Shown here: one piece after another, positions 13,639-22,449 of the stretch | How the letters are laid out: every line of letters begins with the position of its first letter | How positions within the stretch are numbered: position 1 is the stretch's first letter | The notes under the pieces: model-generated | Told to the model about the DNA's origin: nothing | The model's database searches: none | What the model saw: the letters and a program-made list of their open reading frames with translations, nothing else | Source: a virus | Length of the DNA stretch: 64,000 nucleotides | Reading direction: 5' to 3' (one strand) | Virus record (IMG/VR): IMGVR_UViG_2861452123_000001 | Location: 13,139-77,138 of that record | Program-made: the position numbers and the translations under genes

Positions 13639-13877
13639 CAGATGCTGCTCAGGATGCCGTTGGCGTGGACCGTGGTGACGTAGCCGCGATTCACCAGCAC
13701 GTTGGCGGTAGCGACGAGTAGCTCGGCCCTACCCTCGTCGGTGGTGAGATGGTCGAAGAACTGCGGCACGTGGTCGGCCGGGATACCGGCAAACAGGTAG
13801 TTCACCGTGCGGTCGTATCGGTTCACGGTCACGTCGATGGCTACTCCATCGAATGCGCTGGGGTCCACGTCGCTCAC
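13638..13877 (-). CDS. Hypothetical protein
   Basis: 79-aa coupled ORF. Confidence 0.65.
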   Translation of the reverse strand: MSDVDPSAFDGVAIDVTVNRYDRTVNYLFAGIPADHVPQFFDHLTTDEGRAELLVATANVLVNRGYVTTVHANGILSSI

Positions 13878-14116
13878 TGGGTCTCCTCGGTCTTCTTGCT
13901 ACGGGCGATGGCGGCGTTGGCCCAGAACATGGCCTGTTCCAGGTTGGTTAGGGCGAGCGCCTTCTCGCGGCCAGGCGGAATGCGGTCGTCGTAGAGCACC
14001 GCAAGTTCCAGGGTGTCGCGGCGCACCTGTGTGTGAACTGCAGCCTTGACCGGCGACGGTGCATGGTGACTGAACCGGTGCTGGATGTCCTTGTAGGATT
14101 CGTTGGTGCTGTACAT
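13874..14116 (-). CDS. Acb2/Tad1-like nucleotide-signal sponge
   Basis: RFSHHAP...GREKALALTNLEQAMFWANAAIAR. Confidence 0.75.
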   Translation of the reverse strand: MYSTNESYKDIQHRFSHHAPSPVKAAVHTQVRRDTLELAVLYDDRIPPGREKALALTNLEQAMFWANAAIARSKKTEETQ

Positions 14117-14871
14117 CAGATCCCCACTGTGGCAGTTGATTTGAAGCTGTTGCGGTCGCGTCCCCACTTGCCGCACGCCTTGCACTGGAAGCGGCGGTAC
14201 CGGTAGGTGGTGTTTCCGGCGTGTCCTCGATACTGCACGTGATCGGAGCCGCAGTTCGAGCAGCGGATGGTGTCCGAGTCCTCTTCGAACAGGCCGAGAT
14301 TCATGCCTCGTAGCCACGGACGGAGCAGATAGAACAGCTCCTCGGTCAGCTCCACGTCGCGGCGGTTGTACCGCTCCATCGCGGCGTGGGCGCGGGCCAC
14401 GGTACCGGTGTCGGTGGAACGCAGGTCTGACCACAGCCCTGGCGGCGTCTTGTCCTTGCCTTCGAGGCCGAGAACGTCTGCGATGTAGGCCATTCGGTTG
14501 TACAGGAAGTCGAACTCGCGCTTGACGTTGACCATCAGGTCGATGTCGACGTGCGGCGACGGCGGGGTCAGCCCGTGCTCCAGGAGGACGGTGCGGAGAT
14601 GCTTCACGTCGAAGCGTCGGCTGTTCCACCCCACGACGTAGTCGGCTTCATCGAGGATGGCATGGATCTTGCGCGCCATCCCCTCCTGACCGTCGAGCCA
14701 CTCGGCGGAGAACTCGATGTCCGGCTTGTCGAGCCACTTCCACGCGAGGCAGACGGTGCGAGGTGCCTCGCGGAACGCTTCGGGCCGGATGAAGTCGGGC
14801 TTGAAGTCCCATACTTCCGCCAATCCTGCGATTCGCTCAATGTCGAGTGTGACGATCTTTGCGGCGGTCAT
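14116..14871 (-). CDS. RNase H-like (DnaQ/DEDD) 3'-5' exonuclease with C-terminal Zn finger
   Basis: LDIE, GWNSRRFD, YNRRDV, CSNC...CKAC. Confidence 0.85.
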   Translation of the reverse strand: MTAAKIVTLDIERIAGLAEVWDFKPDFIRPEAFREAPRTVCLAWKWLDKPDIEFSAEWLDGQEGMARKIHAILDEADYVVGWNSRRFDVKHLRTVLLEHGLTPPSPHVDIDLMVNVKREFDFLYNRMAYIADVLGLEGKDKTPPGLWSDLRSTDTGTVARAHAAMERYNRRDVELTEELFYLLRPWLRGMNLGLFEEDSDTIRCSNCGSDHVQYRGHAGNTTYRYRRFQCKACGKWGRDRNSFKSTATVGI

Positions 14872-15035
14872 GTTGTCTCACAGCCTATTTCGGGTGAAGT
14901 TGGGATTACAGGGAAGCTGCTCTCCAGTTGTTCCTTCACGTCGTTGACGATGAAGATGACGATCCCCATGGCTGCGACAGATGCGACTCCGACTCCGAGG
15001 ATCAGGGAGAGGAGTGCGATCACGGCAACGCTCAC
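14868..15035 (-). CDS. Small membrane protein
   Basis: Long N-terminal hydrophobic helix; coupled. Confidence 0.6.
   Translation of the reverse strand: MSVAVIALLSLILGVGVASVAAMGIVIFIVNDVKEQLESSFPVIPTSPEIGCETT
14882..14913 (-). promoter_or_regulatory. Phage-type promoter (CCCTGTAATC-N16-TAGGCT)
   Basis: Motif 14913-14904; -10-like hexamer 14887-14882; ATG at 14871. Confidence 0.65.
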
Positions 15036-15730
15036 GGAACGCGCTTCCACTTGCCGCGAGAGTTGTCGCCATTGATGTACGACCACTCCCAACCCTCGTC
15101 GGGGTCTTCGGGATCGGTGAAGTACCAGCCGGTTCCGTCGTGCCCGTTGCGGAACCAGCGGTAGTGCAACTCCCAATCGATCTCGACCCACTCGTAGGCG
15201 CGGGCCCACTGCTCGTCCAGGTTGTCAACCTCGGCGGGGTGGTCGATGATCGAGACGCTCGACTCGGGCGAGTAGCTGACGGTGAGATTGCCGTCATTGA
15301 GTGCCTGCATGAGATTGATCGAGCCATCGAAGCGCGAAGCGATCACGCCACCCGTTGCGAACTTGATCGCAGCATCGGCTTCACGCTTCGCCGCCAGAGT
15401 GGTTGGGCGGTTGTCGAACTCGGGATGCTGATCCATGAACTGCGCCAGTGCGAATGCGTGCCACGCCACCGCGATGATGTGCTTCGAGCCGGTCTCGGCG
15501 TCGATGTCCTCGCCGCCCCAGAACTGCGAGAGGTGACGCTTGAGAGCCGCGTACGACTTCGACCACTCGTAGCCCAGCTCCCAGTTGCGGTCCTCGTACT
15601 TATGGGAGCCGACGCCATAGTGAGTGGCCAGCTCGCGGAGAGGTCCGATGGGTACCAGGTCGTGGCGCTCGTCGTTACCGGCCTTCTGTGCGCCGGTAGA
15701 GCTGGTGGTGATGACCTCGTTGGTGCTCAC
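15032..15730 (-). CDS. dATP/dGTP diphosphohydrolase (DUF5664-like) with C-terminal extension
   Basis: RHDLVP, GSHKYEDRNWELG, ALKRHL, DAETGSKHIIAVAWHAFAL. Confidence 0.85.
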   Translation of the reverse strand: MSTNEVITTSSTGAQKAGNDERHDLVPIGPLRELATHYGVGSHKYEDRNWELGYEWSKSYAALKRHLSQFWGGEDIDAETGSKHIIAVAWHAFALAQFMDQHPEFDNRPTTLAAKREADAAIKFATGGVIASRFDGSINLMQALNDGNLTVSYSPESSVSIIDHPAEVDNLDEQWARAYEWVEIDWELHYRWFRNGHDGTGWYFTDPEDPDEGWEWSYINGDNSRGKWKRVP

Positions 15731-15897
15731 TGAGGGGGCTCTCCTATGGCTGTGAGGATCACGTCGATGGCTTCGATCTTCGGGATGTTGTTGCGGACGG
15801 TGGCCTCAGCGGTTCGGTTCTCGATCACCAGGGCGCGGCGGCGATTCTGGAGATCCTGGATCGCCGCGTTGTAGTGAGCGAGGGTTACCGGGTTCAC
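15727..15897 (-). CDS. Small coiled-coil protein
   Basis: Coupled ORF. Confidence 0.55.
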   Translation of the reverse strand: MNPVTLAHYNAAIQDLQNRRRALVIENRTAEATVRNNIPKIEAIDVILTAIGEPPQ

Positions 15898-16175
15898 TTG
15901 GCGTCGTGCTTCCGACGCTGCGCGTAGATGCGTCGGCGGATGCGTGGGCGCAGCGACTGCTCCTCGCCGCGCTGATTTAGCAAATGCCGGGTCTGTTGCC
16001 GGTTCGGCACGCGGTGCATTTTGTCCTTGCGAGCGGCCTCTTCCTCGGTTTCCTCTGGCTCTGCTGGGCACTCGGAAGCGGTCTCATCGACCTCTGCGGC
16101 GGGCTCTTCGGGCTTGAGTTCCTGCGCCTCGCGGATCGCCTTGGTGAGGTCAGGCACCAGCAGCGGGTTGGTCAC
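15894..16175 (-). CDS. Hypothetical protein
   Basis: Acidic then basic 93-aa coupled ORF. Confidence 0.65.
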   Translation of the reverse strand: MTNPLLVPDLTKAIREAQELKPEEPAAEVDETASECPAEPEETEEEAARKDKMHRVPNRQQTRHLLNQRGEEQSLRPRIRRRIYAQRRKHDAK

Positions 16176-16546
16176 GCGTCCTCCAGGTAGGTGATGGTCA
16201 TGTCCAGCTCGGTGGCGATGTGGTGCTCCAGGCGTGCGCCCTTGGAGCCACGCCAGCCGGGGAGCATGACGATGCCGGTGCAGTCAGCCAGCACCTTGAT
16301 GTCGCGGCGCAGGTAGAAGTCCCACGCCTCCAGGCCGGTGTCACCGGCTTCGGCGTCAAGCGCAGCGGGGTTGATGACCGCGTGGCCCTCGGCGGTCAGC
16401 TGCTCCGCGACTGCGTTGAACTGGGGGTGATTCCAGTCCCAGTCGGGAGGCGTCTCGTCCAGTCCGAATGAGCTGGGGCTCATGGGACCGGCGATGTAGA
16501 TCAGTCCGTCAAGTGCGACGACTGTCGTGCTCTCAGATGTACTCAT
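16172..16546 (-). CDS. DUF4406 / nucleoside 2-deoxyribosyltransferase-like protein
   Basis: IYIAGPMS...NHPQFNAVA...VINPA...MLPGWRGSKGARLE. Confidence 0.85.
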   Translation of the reverse strand: MSTSESTTVVALDGLIYIAGPMSPSSFGLDETPPDWDWNHPQFNAVAEQLTAEGHAVINPAALDAEAGDTGLEAWDFYLRRDIKVLADCTGIVMLPGWRGSKGARLEHHIATELDMTITYLEDA

Positions 16547-16739
16547 CAAAGCGGGGCAGGGCCCGCCGTATGGCCGTCTCGACGGCGTGTGTGGCGTCCA
16601 GGACGTGTTCCATCGCGGTGATGGCGACGGCGGCTGGGATCGCGAGTGCATTGCCGACGCTGTAGACGTTCCAAATGTCGAACTTCGCGAGCGGCTCAAG
16701 CTGATCGATGGTCAGCTTTTCCAGGAGTCGGGTGATCAC
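16533..16739 (-). CDS. Hypothetical protein
   Basis: GTGA-coupled ORF. Confidence 0.55.
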   Translation of the reverse strand: MITRLLEKLTIDQLEPLAKFDIWNVYSVGNALAIPAAVAITAMEHVLDATHAVETAIRRALPRFDEYI

Positions 16740-17011
16740 ACGGGCACCCGAATCTTGGTGCCAGTGCCCAAGATGTCGTGGACATCGTTGATGGCTTCCG
16801 CGAAAGCCTGCGCGATAAATTCGGCGGTCGGGGGGTACGGCGAGCTGGATTCCCACATGCCGCTGTCATGTAGACGCTTCGAGATCAGCGCCAGCTTGCC
16901 CTCTGCCTCATCGGCACGCGTCTTATGCAGTTCGACTGTCTCGCTGAGAGATTGGATCGAACCGTTCAGTGAGGCTTGCAGCCCATAATGGAAATCGCTC
17001 ATGTCGTACAC
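16736..17011 (-). CDS. Hypothetical protein
   Basis: First ORF after the promoter motif. Confidence 0.65.
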   Translation of the reverse strand: MYDMSDFHYGLQASLNGSIQSLSETVELHKTRADEAEGKLALISKRLHDSGMWESSSPYPPTAEFIAQAFAEAINDVHDILGTGTKIRVPV

Positions 17012-17012
17012 C

Positions 17013-17044
17013 AGATTACGGTGACGAAATGAGCGATTACAGGG
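17013..17044 (-). promoter_or_regulatory. Phage-type promoter (CCCTGTAATC-N16-TAATCT)
   Basis: Motif 17044-17035; -10-like hexamer 17018-17013. Confidence 0.7.
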
Positions 17045-17310
17045 AAGCTAAATGGGGGTTGACCAGGCCGAACGGCGATAGCGTCGGCGGGCGCGGAACT
17101 TCGAGAAGGAGTGTAGATAAGCAGAAGCCCCGTGGGCAGGCGCAGGGGACGGCGTCTCAGATTCGACCACGGGGCTGCCGGAAGAGCTGGGCTCGATTCC
17201 GGTCACCTCAATTGTATCAAGCGTTGTACCGCTAGGATCACAGGCGCCGAAAGTACATGGCGCAGAGGACCGTTCGATCACAGCCCTCCACGCTTGTCTG
17301 TACCCAGTGG

Positions 17311-17949
17311 TCACGGAATCTGCAGCGCGACCCGCATGGCGCGAACCATGTTGTTCAACCACTCGCCGGTCTTCCCTTGGCGGGCACCGATTTCCGCTGC
17401 CGTCGAAGAGGGGTTGGCCAGCACCAGCTCGCACATCTCCAGGTACTCGTCTCGCGAGCGAGCCTTGTCCTTACCCGTCTTGGACGTGCCCCAGTCCCGA
17501 GGGAGCTGCAGCAGCATGTCGCGGCCGACACGGCACCGCTCGTTGCGTGTGGCCAGCTTGGCGTTGGAGCCCGCGTTGATGTGCAGCGCGTCCCGATCCA
17601 TGACGACGATGGGCTCGACGGCCGCGCCGTCCAGCTCCTTCTGCGCCAGCCATGCAGCACGGTCTTCCCGGCGCTCCTGGGGGGTCATGCCGCCCCAGAC
17701 TCCCCAGTCCTCGTCGTTGGTGAGCGCCCAGTCTCGGCAGGTGTCCAGGACGGGGCAGGTGAGGCACATGGCCTTCGCCGTCTCCTCGGCCATCGCTACG
17801 AACGCCTCGGCGTCGGCGCGGTCCATACCGCCGTCTTCCAGCAGTTCCTCGACATCCGCGAAGTGCATGTCGTAGTTGCCCGTCTTGCAGACGGCGTTGC
17901 TGCGCCAGTCGAACGAGCTGTTGTTGATGTCGTCAAGAGTCGCTGTCAT
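17311..17949 (-). CDS. whiB: WhiB-family transcription factor with C-terminal extension
   Basis: WRSNAVC...AKAMCLTCPVLDTC...GVWGGMT. Confidence 0.93.
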   Translation of the reverse strand: MTATLDDINNSSFDWRSNAVCKTGNYDMHFADVEELLEDGGMDRADAEAFVAMAEETAKAMCLTCPVLDTCRDWALTNDEDWGVWGGMTPQERREDRAAWLAQKELDGAAVEPIVVMDRDALHINAGSNAKLATRNERCRVGRDMLLQLPRDWGTSKTGKDKARSRDEYLEMCELVLANPSSTAAEIGARQGKTGEWLNNMVRAMRVALQIP

Positions 17950-18349
17950 GAGCGGCCCCTCCTTCTGTCCCTTCCGGGGTGCCAGCGTGTACAGGCACCT
18001 TAGTGATCAGCGCAACAATCTCAGCGAGTGTGCAACTTACCCACTGCTTCATGGGGTCCGTTGTACCGACCCTCTTGTGGACGTAGATGCCAGCAAGGGC
18101 ATTCGCGTTCACGGCCTGAACTTTAGCGGCACCGACCCCCTTGGGAAGATCAATTCGAGCAACGTCTTTAGTCTGGATAACTATGTCGTGGCCGTCGATG
18201 CGGACGTTGACGATGTCGCCCTTGTCCTTGGCTCCCCAGGCGGGGGCCTTCGTAATGTTGGGGTCTCCCAGCGCCTTTGACAGCGCCCGCGCAATGTCCC
18301 AGTTGAACTTGGATCCAGCCGCCTTGGCTGACTTCATGTTCCTACTCAC
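17933..18349 (-). CDS. Holliday-junction resolvase-like PD-(D/E)xK protein
   Basis: GAKDKGDI...VIQTK...HKRVG; some acidic residues replaced. Confidence 0.7.
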   Translation of the reverse strand: MSRNMKSAKAAGSKFNWDIARALSKALGDPNITKAPAWGAKDKGDIVNVRIDGHDIVIQTKDVARIDLPKGVGAAKVQAVNANALAGIYVHKRVGTTDPMKQWVSCTLAEIVALITKVPVHAGTPEGTEGGAAHDSDS

Positions 18350-18381
18350 TACCCGCTACCTTCTCACTCGGAACTACTGGC

Positions 18382-18600
18382 TCAAATTCGTTCACGGATA
18401 ACCTCCCGGCTGGGACACCTCAGCAACCCGTATTTCCACCACGATAGGTGGGGGGTACGACACCTCCAGAGCTGACAATCGCAGCCGATTGACAGCCTGT
18501 TACGCGTCCACCTAACAGCCGCCTGGCAGCGTTCAACCATGAACCTGTCGGGGTACGCGCCCCAGTGGCACATATCCCATATCTGGGAAAGCACTGTCAT
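18382..18600 (-). CDS. Hypothetical Cys/Trp-rich protein
   Basis: 72-aa coupled ORF, lower GC. Confidence 0.5.
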   Translation of the reverse strand: MTVLSQIWDMCHWGAYPDRFMVERCQAAVRWTRNRLSIGCDCQLWRCRTPHLSWWKYGLLRCPSREVIRERI

Positions 18601-18965
18601 AGCAGGGACGCCGGTCGGTTGGCATACTCTTGCGCGAGTTGCGATTCCAGCTTCGCTTTGATGGTTGCCAGTTCGTCACGTGACGGGTCGTCCACCCAGT
18701 CCGGCAGCCACTCCCCTGCCACCCACACCGACGACGACGGCAGTGACACGCGCTGACCTGGAGCCCGCCCGATGCTGCGGAGGTCCGGCATCGGTTTGAT
18801 GTTCAACTCGATGCACTCGGGTCGCACTGGGCACATCCGGCAGATCGAGCGCACTCGGTCGCCGCCGTCGACCAGCTCCTCCGGTGCCGTGGTGAACTCT
18901 CGATCGCCGTCGCACGGGACGTAGCGTGTCCACTCGTCGGCCGTCAGCCAGACCTTGGCGCTCAC
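18597..18965 (-). CDS. Second, divergent WhiB-like protein
   Basis: PC...ICRMCPVRPEC (C-Xn-CxxC-x5-C) plus VWVAG. Confidence 0.7.
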   Translation of the reverse strand: MSAKVWLTADEWTRYVPCDGDREFTTAPEELVDGGDRVRSICRMCPVRPECIELNIKPMPDLRSIGRAPGQRVSLPSSSVWVAGEWLPDWVDDPSRDELATIKAKLESQLAQEYANRPASLL

Positions 18966-19168
18966 GCCCACGCCTTGATGTCGAACGGGTCGTCGGGCAT
19001 CGGCCACAGCGGGCCGTTCTTCATGCTGTGCCACAGCAGGGCTGCGAACACGGCGTACCGGCCTGGTCCTGGGACCAGCGACCGGGCCCACGCGTGCAGC
19101 GAGATCAGGAACTCCTCGCGGCGCTCATCGGGGATCTGCAGCGCGTCCATGATCATCGTGTCGGTCAC
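18962..19168 (-). CDS. Hypothetical protein
   Basis: 68-aa coupled ORF. Confidence 0.65.
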   Translation of the reverse strand: MTDTMIMDALQIPDERREEFLISLHAWARSLVPGPGRYAVFAALLWHSMKNGPLWPMPDDPFDIKAWA

Positions 19169-20448
19169 TGGAACCGGGCCTGATCGAAGCGTTCGCGGAG
19201 CTGGAAGGTTTCCTCCAAGCCGGTGCGGTTCTTCACTAGCGTCACATCCATCAGGGGCATCTGCGGAGCCTCCTCAGCGTTGTCGTCCACCGGCCGGGAA
19301 AGGACGATTGCGGCATCAGCGGTCTGCTCGATGCCACCGGATTCGCGGAAGTCGGACTTGACGGGCAGGCGGGGCCTACCGCCGTGGTCCTCGATCTTGC
19401 GGTTGAGCTGCGCGGCCACGACCACTGCACAGTCCAACTTTCGTGCGATATGCCTTGCGCGAGTTGCCATATGGTCCACAGCCTCGACGCGGTTCTGCCC
19501 CTTGCTCGCCTCAATGAGCTGCAGGTAGTCGATGAAGACGAAGTCGAGCCCGTCGCGCATCTTCTTGATACGGCACGCTTGCGTGATCGTCTCGATGGTG
19601 TGGCCGGGGTTGTCGTCCACTTCGAGCGTCAGCTCCGATGCGGCACCGGCCCACCGACTGACCTTGGCCACGGTGTCCGGCGACATGCGCTTGCGGGTGA
19701 TTTCGCCGTACGGCACGCGGGCACCGCAGGACAGGATGCGACCCATCAGATCCTGCTTCGACAGCTCCAGGGAGAAGATCAAAGACTTCCAGTGCATCTG
19801 CGCCGCGTAGAGGGCGCACTGCGCCCCCAGGATGGTCTTACCGCAGCCGGGACGGGCCCCAATGACGTAGAGGCGCTGCCGGTGGAATCCGCCCGCGATA
19901 CGGTCATTCAGGGCCACGAACGGGGACTCGATGGCGGGACGCTCGTCGGCCTGATCTTCCGTCCACAGCGTGTACAGGTCGCGGAACCGGATCGCGTCCA
20001 TCTCGCGGCCTTCATCGACCTCGTCCAAGAAGATGCGTGCAGCCTCAAGGGCATCCGGCACGTCATCGACCTGGTCGGCGATCTGCTGGAACCGCACACC
20101 AAGCGCGTTGACCTGGCGGATCTTCCACTTATCGATGACGATCTCGGCGTACGCGCTGACGTTCGCGACAGACTTGAACGCCTGCAACAGATCTGACAGG
20201 TACGGCGCTCCACCGATGCGCTTGAGATCCTTGTTCTCCGCTAGCTTCGCGAAGACGGTGATCGAGTCGATCTCTTCGCCGTCGTTGTACATCTGCTGCA
20301 GCGTGGCGTACAGCACCTCATGTGCGGGAAGGTAGAAGTGGTACGGCCGAAGGGCTTTCAGATCCCCAAAGACATCTGGGCTGGTGAGGACGGCTCCGAT
20401 GACGGACTGTTCTGCTCGCTCGTCGTGGACTGGTTGCCGTTCTGGCAC
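19165..20448 (-). CDS. dnaB: DnaB-like replicative helicase
   Basis: AEQSVIG, GARPGCGKT, FIDYLQL, AAQLNR, FRESGGIEQTAD, VKNRTG. Confidence 0.96.
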   Translation of the reverse strand: MPERQPVHDERAEQSVIGAVLTSPDVFGDLKALRPYHFYLPAHEVLYATLQQMYNDGEEIDSITVFAKLAENKDLKRIGGAPYLSDLLQAFKSVANVSAYAEIVIDKWKIRQVNALGVRFQQIADQVDDVPDALEAARIFLDEVDEGREMDAIRFRDLYTLWTEDQADERPAIESPFVALNDRIAGGFHRQRLYVIGARPGCGKTILGAQCALYAAQMHWKSLIFSLELSKQDLMGRILSCGARVPYGEITRKRMSPDTVAKVSRWAGAASELTLEVDDNPGHTIETITQACRIKKMRDGLDFVFIDYLQLIEASKGQNRVEAVDHMATRARHIARKLDCAVVVAAQLNRKIEDHGGRPRLPVKSDFRESGGIEQTADAAIVLSRPVDDNAEEAPQMPLMDVTLVKNRTGLEETFQLRERFDQARFQ

Positions 20449-20966
20449 GTCTCGTACTTCTCCTTGTACATCTGCATAATCCATGCCTGCGCTTGCGTCT
20501 TGAACCAGAAGCGGATCGCGTCAGGGTCGATCATGTCGTCGGGTGGGTAGACCTTCGGCATCGTGATGTGCAGCCGGTCCTGGACGGCCTTGACGTTGCC
20601 GGTCTTCCATTGCTGCTGGAACCATGTCTTGATGGCCTGCTGCTCATCTTGGAAGATGTCAGCGTCGTCGTACTGCCCTGCCTTGAGCCAGTTCTGCGGG
20701 CCTGGAACATATTTCATGTCCGTCCCGGCAACGCTCGCTGCGTATCGGCGGGCCGCTCCGATGATCTTCGTGGCGTCCGCGCCGTCTTCCATCAGCTTCG
20801 CCCACGCATCGGACGCTTCGTTGATGTGAGTGTGACGCGGATACGATCTCCAGAACAGGTCAAAGGTGCTCTGATGCTTCTTCCGTGCCTGCGCTGGTGT
20901 CAGCTTGGGGGGCAATGTATCTCTTTCTGATACAACAACGGGGTCGGTGGCACTCCGCAGTACCAC
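20358..20966 (-). CDS. Replication initiator / helicase-loader-like protein
   Basis: FDLFWRSYPR...AWAK...PQNWLK domain, directly upstream of dnaB. Confidence 0.65.
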   Translation of the reverse strand: MVLRSATDPVVVSERDTLPPKLTPAQARKKHQSTFDLFWRSYPRHTHINEASDAWAKLMEDGADATKIIGAARRYAASVAGTDMKYVPGPQNWLKAGQYDDADIFQDEQQAIKTWFQQQWKTGNVKAVQDRLHITMPKVYPPDDMIDPDAIRFWFKTQAQAWIMQMYKEKYETCQNGNQSTTSEQNSPSSEPSSPAQMSLGI

Positions 20967-21003
20967 CGACCCCGCATATCAACAAGGGAACTGGTGAGGT
21001 GGG

Positions 21004-21444
21004 TTACCAGCCGTCGTTGCCGCTGTCGTCCCAGTTGCCGCTGGCCTGCTGAGGCGCACGACCGCCGCCGCCGTTCTTCGACACCTTGGTCACCTTCGCG
21101 GTCGCGAAGCGCAGCGACGGGCCGATGGACTCGATGTCCAGCTCGTACGCGGTGCGCTTGTTGCCCTCCTTGTCGGTGAAGTCCTTCTGCTTGAGGACGC
21201 CGTGGGCAATCACCTTGTCGCCCTTGACGACTGACTCGGCCAGGTTCTCGGCGAGTTCGCCCCACACGGTCCCACGGGTGAACGTGGTGTCGCCGTCCTC
21301 CCACTGGTCGGTCTGCGGGTTCTTGCGCCGCGTGTTGCACGCGATGTTGATGTTCGAGACGCCCTTGCCGGACTGCGTGAAGTTCAGCGTCGGGTCAGCG
21401 GTCAGCGTGCCTTCGATGGTGACAACGGGAAGTGTGAGGGCCAT
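21004..21444 (-). CDS. ssb: Single-stranded DNA-binding protein
   Basis: GTLTADPTL, NIACNTRRK, actinobacterial SSB pattern, acidic tail. Confidence 0.95.
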   Translation of the reverse strand: MALTLPVVTIEGTLTADPTLNFTQSGKGVSNINIACNTRRKNPQTDQWEDGDTTFTRGTVWGELAENLAESVVKGDKVIAHGVLKQKDFTDKEGNKRTAYELDIESIGPSLRFATAKVTKVSKNGGGGRAPQQASGNWDDSGNDGW

Positions 21445-21465
21445 GCGTCCTTCGATCTGTAGGGG

Positions 21466-21879
21466 TCAGGTTTCCCAAGGGTCTTGGGTGTCGATGTGAT
21501 CAGTATGGATCAGCTCAAAGTTGGATAACAGGGAACATTCCTGCTGGTCAGGAGGTCTCGTAGAGCCATCCATCGCAAGTAGTCGTGGTGGTGCGAAGAG
21601 CGGTACGACTGCAATCTCACTCGGGTCGTCCCATGGGCGAACATGCCAGCCAGTAGCTGCCGCTGCCATGGGGTGAGCTTCGATCCAACCGTGGCATCCA
21701 CGAGTTCCATCACCGCAGACACCGACGATGTTGGTGGGATCCCACGGTCCACCTTGGCCGCGCTTCTTCCGGTGGTGCATCGTGACTTGGCCACCCTTGC
21801 CGCACCTTTCGCAGTTCCCGTCGCAGCGTTCGAAAACGATTGCGCGACAGAGCTTCTCTTGCTTGTTCAGGGCATCCAT
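21466..21879 (-). CDS. HNH endonuclease
   Basis: CERC, HHRKKRGQGG, CHGWIEAHP. Confidence 0.88.
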   Translation of the reverse strand: MDALNKQEKLCRAIVFERCDGNCERCGKGGQVTMHHRKKRGQGGPWDPTNIVGVCGDGTRGCHGWIEAHPMAAAATGWHVRPWDDPSEIAVVPLFAPPRLLAMDGSTRPPDQQECSLLSNFELIHTDHIDTQDPWET

Positions 21880-22088
21880 CCGAGTAGGTACGCCTGGTAC
21901 AGGCTGTCCGCGTAAGCGTCAGCCTCCCAGTCGTGTTCGAATCGCTTGGTGCCAATCGGGCCGAAGGCCGGTATGCCGTCGTCGCCAAGTTCAGCCGTCC
22001 ATAGGGTGAACATCGGCATCGCGTAGTACCGGCCGTCCCACGCGTTGCGATGGACGAACCATGGGCCGTTCAGTCCAACTGGCTCCAC
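21867..22088 (-). CDS. Hypothetical protein
   Basis: ORF in a coupled train. Confidence 0.6.
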   Translation of the reverse strand: MEPVGLNGPWFVHRNAWDGRYYAMPMFTLWTAELGDDGIPAFGPIGTKRFEHDWEADAYADSLYQAYLLGWMP

Positions 22089-22089
22089 C

Positions 22090-22449
22090 TCAGCCCATTT
22101 CCGTGGGCTCCAGGCCGTAGTCAGCCAGAGCCGAGTACGGCACCCACCGCTCAGGGAACTCCCAACCCAGATGCTCGCCGAACCACTCACGGTCCCACTC
22201 AGGGGTTTCCGTGGCCCACAGGAATGTGCCATCACGCAACTCCACCAGGCATGACGTGACCGTGTCCGTCTCATGGGCGATCATGAAGTCGCCGGTGTAG
22301 TACGCGAACCACGGGCCGGGGGCGACTTTCGCCTTAACGAGGTGATTCGTGTAGTCACGTGCTGCGGCGAATCGCTTGGCGACGTTCACGGCCACGAACA
22401 CGGCGATGGCACCGATGATGGTGTGGAAGATGTTGGCGATGCGGCTCAT
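22090..22449 (-). CDS. Membrane-anchored hypothetical protein
   Basis: N-terminal hydrophobic helix. Confidence 0.7.
   Translation of the reverse strand: MSRIANIFHTIIGAIAVFVAVNVAKRFAAARDYTNHLVKAKVAPGPWFAYYTGDFMIAHETDTVTSCLVELRDGTFLWATETPEWDREWFGEHLGWEFPERWVPYSALADYGLEPTEMG

Noticed and set aside
15032-15730. Z-genome (2-aminoadenine) pathway
   Set aside because: No PurZ or DpoZ in the window; DUF5664 alone is insufficient
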